A stretch of 32,000 bases of DNA from Fidelibacterota bacterium (GTDB taxonomy: Bacteria; Fidelibacterota; Fidelibacteria; Fidelibacterales; Fidelibacteraceae), in contig JAGGVO010000041.1 of assembly GCA_021157965.1 (NCBI GenBank), positions 224,119-256,118 on the forward strand, in the 5' to 3' direction. A model generated the notes under the pieces. It saw only the letters and a program-made list of their open reading frames with translations. It was not told the DNA's origin and made no database searches. The first letter of the stretch is position 1; each line of letters begins with the position of its first letter. Positions 9,646-16,916 of the stretch are shown here, in pieces. Made by a program: the position numbers and the translations under genes.

Positions 9646-10068
9646 TTATTCTCCTATAATTTTAACCAAAACCCGTTTGGGCCTGCGCCCGTCAAATTCA
9701 CCATAGAAGATCTGTTCCCAGGGACCAAAATCAAGGCGGCCTTTTGTGACGGCCACAACGACTTCACGTCCCATGATTTGCCGCTTGTGGTGAGCATCTC
9801 CGTTATCTTCCCCGGTCCTGTTGTGAGCATACAGATCTGTTCCCGGATCAAAGGGCGCCAGTTTTTCCAACCAGCGTTTATAATCCTGGTGAAGACCCGG
9901 CTCGTCGTCATTAATGAAAACAGAGGCGGTAATGTGCATGGCATTGACAAGACACAATCCTTCCTTTATGCCCGATTCACGAACCAGATCTTCCACATGG
10001 CCGGTGATATTTACAAAATCCATCCTCGCGGGAATGTTAAATGTAAGGTGTTTTGTCAGTGATTTCAT
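9646..10068 (-). CDS. YjbQ/UPF0047 family protein (secondary thiamine-phosphate synthase-like)
   Basis: Matches the YjbQ pattern ([61 protein letters not shown]). Start set at the ATG at 10068, which has an AAAGGGGG Shine-Dalgarno site. The track ORF runs to 10125. Confidence 0.8.
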   Translation of the reverse strand: MKSLTKHLTFNIPARMDFVNITGHVEDLVRESGIKEGLCLVNAMHITASVFINDDEPGLHQDYKRWLEKLAPFDPGTDLYAHNRTGEDNGDAHHKRQIMGREVVVAVTKGRLDFGPWEQIFYGEFDGRRPKRVLVKIIGE

Positions 10069-10149
10069 AAGACCCCCTTTAACTTGAAAAGGTAAGGAAA
10101 AAAGAAGGAAAATAGAAAGCAACATTCTTCGCCATTCAGAGTAAAACTA

Positions 10150-10179
10150 TTGAAAAGTGGAACAGACATCCCGTATATT
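10150..10179 (+). promoter_or_regulatory. candidate sigma70-type promoter for the eRF1-like gene
   Basis: TTGAAA (10150-10155), an 18-nt spacer, then TATATT (10174-10179), about 65 nt upstream of the ATG at 10244. Pattern match only. Confidence 0.3.
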
Positions 10180-10243
10180 GAATTAGAAATGCCTCGAATA
10201 ACATAAATATCTCAACATAACAATTAGTACAAGGAGGACTGGT

Positions 10244-11374
10244 ATGAATTCAGTGACGGTAATTCAGTCTCTGCAAACACTGAAAACCGAAGGGAATCCC
10301 GTAACAACGGTTTATCTTGACGTGTCTACATCCCAAAAGCTCCGAAATGCAGTTGTTGTTGTCAACAACATGTTTAAACAGAAAAAAGAGAAGACTTTTT
10401 ATAAAAACCTTTCAGAAAAGGAAAAAGTGTCTGTGCGGAAAGATGTGGAGGGTATTATCAAATTCCTTAATAACCAGCTGGGAGAAGATCGACAGTCGTT
10501 AATGATCGTATCGTCCAATCGGGCTTATGTGTGGCAGGTGATTCATCTGGGATTTCCGGTTGAAAATATGATGATGATTCAGGACCGCCCCTATCTGCGC
10601 CCTTTTCTGGAAGGCATCAGCCATGAACGGAATTATGCCATTGTCATGGTGGATCAGGGAAAGGCTAAAATTCTGATGAATCATCTCGGGAACAAGGAAG
10701 AAATGTTCAATGTGGTGAATCTGCTTCCTGAAGATGCCAATGAAGGCGGTTTTGGCGGTATGGATGAACGGAAGAATGAACGCCATCGTGAAGAGGTTGT
10801 GGCCAAGCATTATAAAAATGTGGCGGCTCAACTGGAAACACTGGATCGGAAATACCATTTTGACTGGATAATTTTGGGCGGACTCCGTGAGAGTATCTCC
10901 GATTTTGCCAACTATCTTAAAACCAATCTGAAGGATAAAATCAGCCGTGAAATCCATGTGGATCCCAATCTTCCCATGGATAAAGTTTTTCAGCTTGTGG
11001 ATAAGGAGATCCCGGGATGCCGTATGGATTTTGAGAAAGACATCCTGAATATGTTTGCCAATGAATTCCACAAGAACTACAAAGGTGTTGCCGGAATACA
11101 CCAGACGGAAGAAGCTCTTCAAAAGGGACAGGTGGACATGCTGATGATTCAGAATGGTTTTCAGACCAAAGGACGGGTGTGTAAATGGTGTTTGCACATG
11201 ACAACAGGGGAAGAAGACGAATGCCCCGGTTGCGGTCATCCCATGGTCCGAACCCTGGATATTACTGATGAGCTGATTCACCAGGCTTTGGATACCGGAG
11301 CGAAAATTGAATTTATCTCCTCGGATATGGGAGAATTTTCGCCCTTGTGCGGACTTCTTCGATATAAACCGTAA
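10244..11374 (+). CDS. bacterial eRF1/Pelota-like protein (baeRF-type) with C-terminal zinc ribbon, GGQ-less
   Basis: Central and C-terminal domain pattern of eRF1/Pelota: YAIVMVDQGKAKIL, WIILGG, GVAGIHQTEEALQKGQVDMLMI. Four-Cys insert CKWC..CPGC. Strong AAGGAGG Shine-Dalgarno site. Confidence 0.55.
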   Translation: MNSVTVIQSLQTLKTEGNPVTTVYLDVSTSQKLRNAVVVVNNMFKQKKEKTFYKNLSEKEKVSVRKDVEGIIKFLNNQLGEDRQSLMIVSSNRAYVWQVIHLGFPVENMMMIQDRPYLRPFLEGISHERNYAIVMVDQGKAKILMNHLGNKEEMFNVVNLLPEDANEGGFGGMDERKNERHREEVVAKHYKNVAAQLETLDRKYHFDWIILGGLRESISDFANYLKTNLKDKISREIHVDPNLPMDKVFQLVDKEIPGCRMDFEKDILNMFANEFHKNYKGVAGIHQTEEALQKGQVDMLMIQNGFQTKGRVCKWCLHMTTGEEDECPGCGHPMVRTLDITDELIHQALDTGAKIEFISSDMGEFSPLCGLLRYKP

Positions 11375-11389
11375 CCTGTTGATAATGCA

Positions 11390-11422
11390 GGGACTTTTAG
11401 GAAAAGTCTCAACAAATTTTTT
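11390..11422 (+). terminator. weak candidate rho-independent terminator
   Basis: Stem GGGACTTTT / AAAAGTCTC (one G-U pair) with a 3-nt loop. A T6 run follows after a 6-nt spacer. Begins 16 nt after the stop at 11374. Confidence 0.35.
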
Positions 11423-11460
11423 AATAAAAGGGTTTAAAACTATGATATATAGTTTTTATC

Positions 11461-11489
11461 TTGACTTTCATGTGTTTTGAATTTATATT
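11461..11489 (+). promoter_or_regulatory. candidate sigma70-type promoter of the rotor-stator operon
   Basis: TTGACT (11461-11466), a 17-nt spacer, then TATATT (11484-11489), set in an AT-rich 187-bp intergenic region about 70 nt upstream of the ATG at 11562. Confidence 0.4.
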
Positions 11490-11561
11490 TTTTTAAGTAT
11501 GTATATATGTTGAAAGTTGTTATTCAACAACCGTAAATTCAAAATAAAAAAGGAAAACAGG

Positions 11562-12488
11562 ATGTCCCTCAATCGATGGCTTCGTTTGGGAACCGTTTTG
11601 GTGTTGTTGTCAGGTTGTGCCTGGTTCAGGGGGGGCGAGAGTCCCGAAGGGGACGAAGGACTTGCCGTTGATTCAACGGAAATAGCTTTACAGAATGATT
11701 TAATTCAACAGGAAATGAATGAGATCACGACTTCCGGTACCCGGGATAGTGTTATTCAGGAGCGGGATTATTCCTTTGTTTTGAATGAGCTCTCCTATGA
11801 ATTGAAAAAACAGGGTGCCCGGATCAAACACCTGGAATCTGAGCTGAAAGACCTGAAGGCAAAATCCACCCTCTGGGAGAATCCCCTGAAGATTTATAAT
11901 AAAGAAATCATTCTTCAGAACGGGACCAGCATGTTTGGCAAGATCATGTACCAGGATAGTGATATTTTAAAAGTTCAAACGCTCATCGGGTACTTTGTCC
12001 TTTCCCGTGATGAGGTAGTGCGTATTGTGGATAATATTCCCGCATCTGCTGTTGAAAGCCGCGAAGTTGCGGCGGATCAGGCTTCCGGACAGCCGGTATC
12101 GGTACCGACAGCGGAAACGATTTCTCCTGTTGAATTACCGGAAAGACCCTCACCATCGGCGGTGGATGCAAATTGTATTTTGGTGGGGAACATCCGTGAA
12201 AGCACGGATCCCTCGGGGAATCGCATTTTTTCTGGAGAGGTGAAGAATATAGGTGCCCGTCGGGCTGATTTTGTAAAGATCACATTTGTCTTTCGCATGA
12301 ACTGGAGCGGTGAGACGAAAACCCTGACGACCTTTGTCAAGGGATCCTTTATGAATTATGCCAGTGGTGTTAGCTCTGATGCGGCCTTACTGCCCGGTGC
12401 CACCGGAAGGTTCACATTGAATATTCCGGCATCTTTTGGTACATTTATCGGTTATTCATATAGCATTAACTGGGAGGAATATGATTAA
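11562..12488 (+). CDS. lipoprotein with coiled-coil segment and C-terminal beta-sandwich-like domain
   Basis: Start at the ATG at 11562 (AAGGAAAA upstream). Signal peptide plus lipobox LVLLSGC. Heptad-rich LSYELKKQGARIKHLESELKDLKAK. The C-terminal part has alternating beta-strand patterns (FSGEVKNIGARRADFVKITFVF). No enzymatic motif. Confidence 0.6.
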   Translation: MSLNRWLRLGTVLVLLSGCAWFRGGESPEGDEGLAVDSTEIALQNDLIQQEMNEITTSGTRDSVIQERDYSFVLNELSYELKKQGARIKHLESELKDLKAKSTLWENPLKIYNKEIILQNGTSMFGKIMYQDSDILKVQTLIGYFVLSRDEVVRIVDNIPASAVESREVAADQASGQPVSVPTAETISPVELPERPSPSAVDANCILVGNIRESTDPSGNRIFSGEVKNIGARRADFVKITFVFRMNWSGETKTLTTFVKGSFMNYASGVSSDAALLPGATGRFTLNIPASFGTFIGYSYSINWEEYD

Positions 12489-13422
12489 GCGATTCTCGGC
12501 GTTACCGCATGTGATGATTCCGCTGCTTTTCTCTGTCCTTTTTCTTGCAGCCTGCGGAGGATCCCGTCCGGAAGTTCCTCCGGAGAAACTACAGCGGACC
12601 GAAGATGACCTGCGGAGGCGCGAACAGGAAGTCCAGCAAAAAACCATCGAGATTCTTGATCTGAAAAACCAGATCATTATACTCCAAAGTGAAATCAGTG
12701 AACTGAAATCCAATATTATCGAACTGGAAAGCCATCGTGATTCCCTTCGCTCCAGGCTGATGAATGAAAAAATGTCTGCCGAAGAGCTGGAGGGGATGTT
12801 ATCGGAACTGGACGAAAAAAACCTGGAACTGAAACGACAAAACGAGCTGCTTCAATCGTACCTGAATGCATCGCAGGATTCTATCCTGAAGGCGCTGGAA
12901 ACGGCTGCCGTGAAAGAATCCGAACAAAATCTTTTAAAAACAATCTCCCGGAATGAACCGGTAAAAACCGATACGGCAGTGGGAAAAATCGTTGCCGACA
13001 CAAGCGCTTTGAATGCAGCTATAAGTCCTGTCATGGATCTGACCCAGGATGAATACCTGCAGCGGTATCAGGATGCTCTGGACCTCCTGTTCGACAAACA
13101 ACGCAATAAGGCCATCGAGGAATTCAGGGAATTGATCCGAATTGCCCCGGATAACGATTATTCAGACAATTGCCAATACTGGATTGGTGAAGGGTATTAT
13201 GCACAGGGGCTCTACAGTCGTGCCATTGAGGAATTTGAAAAAGTCAAAACGCTGCCGAACGGCAATAAAGCTGATCATGCCCAATTTAAAATCGGTCTGT
13301 CTTACCTGAAACTGGGACAGAAAGTAGAAGGTCTGGAAGCCTTTAAAAAACTTCTGGAGGAATATCCGAACAGTGAATTGGTCGGCAAGGTCCGGGATAT
13401 GATTAATTCAGGACAGTTCTGA
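12481..13422 (+). CDS. YbgF/CpoB-like coiled-coil + TPR lipoprotein
   Basis: Start at 12481 (GGGAGGA Shine-Dalgarno site, ATGATTAA overlap with the previous stop). Lipobox LFLAACGG. Long coiled coil. C-terminal block NCQYWIGEGYYAQGLYSRAIEEFEKV..KADHAQFKIGLSYLKLGQ..EEYPNSE matches the YbgF/CpoB TPR domain. Confidence 0.7.
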   Translation: MIKRFSALPHVMIPLLFSVLFLAACGGSRPEVPPEKLQRTEDDLRRREQEVQQKTIEILDLKNQIIILQSEISELKSNIIELESHRDSLRSRLMNEKMSAEELEGMLSELDEKNLELKRQNELLQSYLNASQDSILKALETAAVKESEQNLLKTISRNEPVKTDTAVGKIVADTSALNAAISPVMDLTQDEYLQRYQDALDLLFDKQRNKAIEEFRELIRIAPDNDYSDNCQYWIGEGYYAQGLYSRAIEEFEKVKTLPNGNKADHAQFKIGLSYLKLGQKVEGLEAFKKLLEEYPNSELVGKVRDMINSGQF

Positions 13423-13423
13423 T

Positions 13424-14080
13424 ATGAAATTTTTGTGTTTCGTCTGTTCTTTGACATGTTTTGCCACTTTGGGTTTTTCTCAGGACCCTATGCTGGATAT
13501 GGATATGCTTTTTCCTGAACGGTCCGTCAGACAGGATTCTGCCCTGATAAACCTGCAATCTTCAGGAACGGATATGGGAGGGGCCGTCTCTCTGGCGGAA
13601 TTGCAAAAACGTATAGAACGCCTGGAAGAAGAAGTCCGATTGCTTAAAAAAGCCCTGGAAGAACGGCAACAGGTTACAGAAAAAAAGCCTGATGATCCGG
13701 GATTTCCTCTCATTGAGCAGCAACTGTATGCCCGGGCTCTCCGCTATTTTACAGCCGGGGATTATGGAAAGGCATCCGAATTGCTTCGGCAGGTGAGAGA
13801 AAACACACAAGAGAAAGAACTGAACCTCAGCGCCCTCTACTGGCTGGGGGAATGTGCCTTTCGGCAAAACAACTACAATGAAGCCGTGGTGCTTCTCCAG
13901 GAACTGCTTTCCGAAGAGAGTAAAATATTCCGGGAAAATGCCCTGATCCTTGTTGCCATCAGTTTCAGAAATCTCGGAAAACAGGCCGAATCCGAACGCT
14001 ATTTTCAGGCATATCTGGAAGCATACCCCGATTCAAAATATTCGGCCCTCGCCCGGAGAGAATTGAAAAAAAATCAGTGA
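13424..14080 (+). CDS. secreted YbgF/CpoB-like coiled-coil + TPR protein (second copy)
   Basis: Signal peptide MKFLCFVCSLTCFATLGFSQ. Short coiled coil (LQKRIERLEEEVRLLKKALEE). TPR block ALYWLGECAFRQNNYNEAVVLLQELL..AYPDSKYSALA. Starts 1 nt after the previous stop. Confidence 0.65.
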   Translation: MKFLCFVCSLTCFATLGFSQDPMLDMDMLFPERSVRQDSALINLQSSGTDMGGAVSLAELQKRIERLEEEVRLLKKALEERQQVTEKKPDDPGFPLIEQQLYARALRYFTAGDYGKASELLRQVRENTQEKELNLSALYWLGECAFRQNNYNEAVVLLQELLSEESKIFRENALILVAISFRNLGKQAESERYFQAYLEAYPDSKYSALARRELKKNQ

Positions 14081-14097
14081 TAAAAGTGATAAAAAAC

Positions 14098-15438
14098 ATG
14101 AAACAATTAAAATGGCTGTTCCTTCTGTTATGCGTGGTACTGTACGGCCATACGGCCCACGCATCCTCTCAGGTTTCCTTTATGAAACCGGGGCCCATGA
14201 TGCGGGTGCCGTCAAGTTCTGTGGAAGACTCACCCTATCTTTTCCGGACCGGTTTCGGTTCCGATCTGTACGGAATCGAAGATTTTCGCATGTCCAAAGG
14301 GGTCTTTTTCGATATGGACATTATCAATTCACTGAATGTGGGATTCTCCGTGATCCAGCCCTATGATGTTACCGCCATGAATACATCCGATGTGGAATAC
14401 GGCTTTCACCTGACGAAACGGGTTATGGCCTATGGGGATATTTCCATGGCTGTGGGACTTTGGGATTTTGTCCTGAGGAATATCGATGACGAAATGCAGG
14501 TGGATAATCAGAACTTTTCCTTTTTTGCTGTGATTTCTACTGAAAAGATGATGGGAGAAACGGGTTTTAATACATATATGGGTGTGGGTAGCGGTGGACT
14601 TTCCCGGGGTTTTTCAAGTAATGATACTACCACAAGTATAGGGGTTTTTGCCGGTTTCCTGTTCAGGACCGGTATGATGGCAGATCGGGGAGGGATTAAC
14701 CTGATTGGTGAATTTGACGGAGGGGGATTGAATCTGGGGATGGAAATCCCCCTGACGACAGAATACAGGTTGAATCTGGGTATCTCCCAATTACAGTGGC
14801 TGCCGAATTTTGGGAAGGAAAATGAGACCGATCTGCCGGCCATATCCATGGGCCTCACCCTGGCCATCCCCCGAAGTTTGCCGGGACGGGCATCACGGCG
14901 CAGCGGTATAGCGGTTGGTACGGGTGAGAATACAGGAACATCGGCGACAGAATCGGAATACCGTGCCAAACTGGATTCCATCCTGAGAGAAGCAGATGCC
15001 ACCATTATGGGCCTCCGGGATTCCCTGAGGATATCTGTCCAGACGGTGGACGACCTGAACAATACCATCGCCCTTCTCCGTCAGCAGAAATCCGTCCTGG
15101 AAGATTCTCTCCAATCGGTGAAACTTCAGCAGCATGTGATGCAGCAAAATATCAATCTGGCCCTGAAGCATTTGAGCCGGAGTCTCCGGTATTTTTATGC
15201 CGGCGATTATATTCAGGCGCTGAATGAGGTGGATATTGCCATCCAGCTCAATCCCAATCTTTCTCTTGCCTACGCACGCCGGGGGTCGATTTATTACAAA
15301 ATGGGAGATATTCAAAGGGCGGCGATCAACTGGAATCTGGCCCTGCAGATCGACCCCGAATATGATGATGTCCGCAATATTCTGAAGGTCCTCCAGGAAA
15401 CCCGCTCTCGTACAGGGTCCTTCATGAACAATAACTAA
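14098..15438 (+). CDS. secreted beta-barrel-like domain + coiled coil + TPR fusion protein
   Basis: The ATG at 14098 gives the signal peptide MKQLKWLFLLLCVVLYGHTAHASS. A GTG at 14077 overlapping the previous TGA is the alternative start. The first ~250 aa are Gly/aromatic-rich alternating strands (YGFHLTKRVMAYGDISMAVGLWDF, GINLIGEFDGGGLNLGMEI, YRLNLGISQLQW). A coiled coil follows, then TPRs (YFYAGDYIQALNEVDIAIQLNPN, AYARRGSIYYKMGD). Confidence 0.6.
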   Translation: MKQLKWLFLLLCVVLYGHTAHASSQVSFMKPGPMMRVPSSSVEDSPYLFRTGFGSDLYGIEDFRMSKGVFFDMDIINSLNVGFSVIQPYDVTAMNTSDVEYGFHLTKRVMAYGDISMAVGLWDFVLRNIDDEMQVDNQNFSFFAVISTEKMMGETGFNTYMGVGSGGLSRGFSSNDTTTSIGVFAGFLFRTGMMADRGGINLIGEFDGGGLNLGMEIPLTTEYRLNLGISQLQWLPNFGKENETDLPAISMGLTLAIPRSLPGRASRRSGIAVGTGENTGTSATESEYRAKLDSILREADATIMGLRDSLRISVQTVDDLNNTIALLRQQKSVLEDSLQSVKLQQHVMQQNINLALKHLSRSLRYFYAGDYIQALNEVDIAIQLNPNLSLAYARRGSIYYKMGDIQRAAINWNLALQIDPEYDDVRNILKVLQETRSRTGSFMNNN

Positions 15439-15447
15439 GGAGTCTGA

Positions 15448-16242
15448 ATGGATTTTGCAACCATCTTAGGGATTTTTATGGGCCTGGGACTGATCTTTTT
15501 TGGAATTACACTCCTTACACAGGATTATCAGATGTTTTGGTCCCTGCCCTCCCTTGCCATTGTTTTGGGAGGATCCCTTGCCGCCACACTGATTGCCTTT
15601 CCCCTTCACGAAGTCGGCCGCGTTTTTAAGGTGATTGGCATTGTCTTCAGAAAAGAACGGCGGGATATGCAAACGCTGGTCCGCCAGGTTACGGAACTGG
15701 CGGCTTTTGCCCGGCGGGGTCCAACAGAACTTGAGAAGCACATTGAAGAGGTGAAACATCCCTTTTTGAAGGATGGTATTCAGCTTGTGATTGACGGCTA
15801 TAGTGATGCTGATATCCGGGAAATCCTCACGTTGCGGATTGTAAACCGTGAACAGCGTGAAAAAGGGGAAGTGAATGTTGTAAAAACCATGGGAAAACTA
15901 TCCCCTGCTTTTGGTATGATCGGAACCCTTATCGGATTGGTTGTGATGCTATATGGCATGAGTGTAAGCGATGCGTCGGGCGATATGGCGGCTCAGCTTG
16001 GAAGAGGGATGGGTGCGGCCATTGTGACAACCTTCTACGGGGCTATTCTGGCGAATCTCTTTTTCAATCCAGCTGCCGCGAAAATCGATTCCCGTATTCA
16101 GAAAGCTTCCATGCTTCAACTGATGCTCATCGAAGGTGTTTGTCTTCTCTATCACCGGAAACATCCCCTCATTGTCCGGGAAAAGCTGAATTCCTTTCTC
16201 CCCCCCCGGGACTGGATCCGTGAAGAAGAACGAAAAGGCTGA
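15448..16242 (+). CDS. motA: flagellar-type stator protein MotA/PomA
   Basis: MDFATILGIFMGLGLIFFGI N-terminus. Four TM segments. Cytoplasmic loop ARRGPTELEKHIEEVKHPFLKDGIQLVIDGYSD aligns with the PomA/MotA loop. Conserved channel prolines SPAFGMIGTLIGLV and FFNPAAAKI. AAGGAG Shine-Dalgarno site. Confidence 0.88.
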   Translation: MDFATILGIFMGLGLIFFGITLLTQDYQMFWSLPSLAIVLGGSLAATLIAFPLHEVGRVFKVIGIVFRKERRDMQTLVRQVTELAAFARRGPTELEKHIEEVKHPFLKDGIQLVIDGYSDADIREILTLRIVNREQREKGEVNVVKTMGKLSPAFGMIGTLIGLVVMLYGMSVSDASGDMAAQLGRGMGAAIVTTFYGAILANLFFNPAAAKIDSRIQKASMLQLMLIEGVCLLYHRKHPLIVREKLNSFLPPRDWIREEERKG

Positions 16243-16901
16243 TGGAAAAAACAAAGAAAAAAATACCCCTTCCCCCTGAAGAGACGGATTCGGAAGAGTG
16301 GCTTGTTACCTATTCGGATATCATGACACTGCTCATGACTTTTTTCGTATTGCTTTTTTCCATGTCCACCATCGACCCTGTGAAAATTGAACAGTTTGGT
16401 GAGGCGATGGGAAAGGAACTGGGAGTCAAGACCTCTGAAAGAACCGGCCGGGTCTCCCTTGCCCAGATTGACCGGGACGTGAAGGAGATTGTCAACGAAG
16501 AAAACTTAAACGAATATGTGGAAGTCACCCATTCCTACAGAGGGGTGACTATCTCGATTGTGGCTGATATCCTGTTTACCCGGGGAAGTGCCGAGCTGAA
16601 TCCCCGGGTCTATTCGATTCTTAACAAATTTATTCCGAAGATTCAAAATTCCATCTATCAGATTGCTGTGGAGGGACATACAGACAGTGATCCCATCCAT
16701 TCGGATAAATATCCGTCAAACTGGGAATTGTCTGCTGCCAGAGCCTCGCAGGTTGTCAATTATTATATTTCACAAGGCATTGATCCGGAACGTTTCAGGG
16801 CCATTGGTTTTGCTCATACCCGGCCTAAAAAACCAAATACAAGTCCGGAAAACAAGAGCCAGAACCGCCGGGTTGAAATAACATTCCTGGCAATATCTTA
16901 A
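16242..16901 (+). CDS. motB: stator protein MotB with OmpA-like peptidoglycan-binding domain
   Basis: WLVTYSDIMTLLMTFFVLLF plug/TM segment with the channel Asp (D26, nt 16317-16319). C-terminal OmpA-like block VEGHTDSDPI..NWELSAARASQV..NRRVEI. TGATG overlap with motA. Confidence 0.88.
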   Translation: MEKTKKKIPLPPEETDSEEWLVTYSDIMTLLMTFFVLLFSMSTIDPVKIEQFGEAMGKELGVKTSERTGRVSLAQIDRDVKEIVNEENLNEYVEVTHSYRGVTISIVADILFTRGSAELNPRVYSILNKFIPKIQNSIYQIAVEGHTDSDPIHSDKYPSNWELSAARASQVVNYYISQGIDPERFRAIGFAHTRPKKPNTSPENKSQNRRVEITFLAIS

Positions 16902-16916
16902 TAAAGGAGAGCTACA

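Noticed and set aside
15448-16901. MotA/MotB pair as a Zorya anti-phage system (ZorA/ZorB)
   Set aside because: ZorA proteins carry a very long C-terminal helical tail. Zorya operons also include ZorC/ZorD or ZorE-type nuclease or helicase genes. Both MotA copies here are ordinary length (264 and 272 aa). Their partners are FliF/FliG-like or a second MotB, and I see no nuclease or helicase.
12481-16901. YbgF-like proteins plus a MotA/TolQ-family pair as a Tol-Pal or ExbBD-TonB system
   Set aside because: The B subunits carry OmpA-like peptidoglycan-binding domains, which is MotB-type rather than TolR/ExbD. The A-subunit cytoplasmic loops match PomA/MotA. No TolA, TolB, Pal or TonB is present, and a bona fide FliG-like gene follows.
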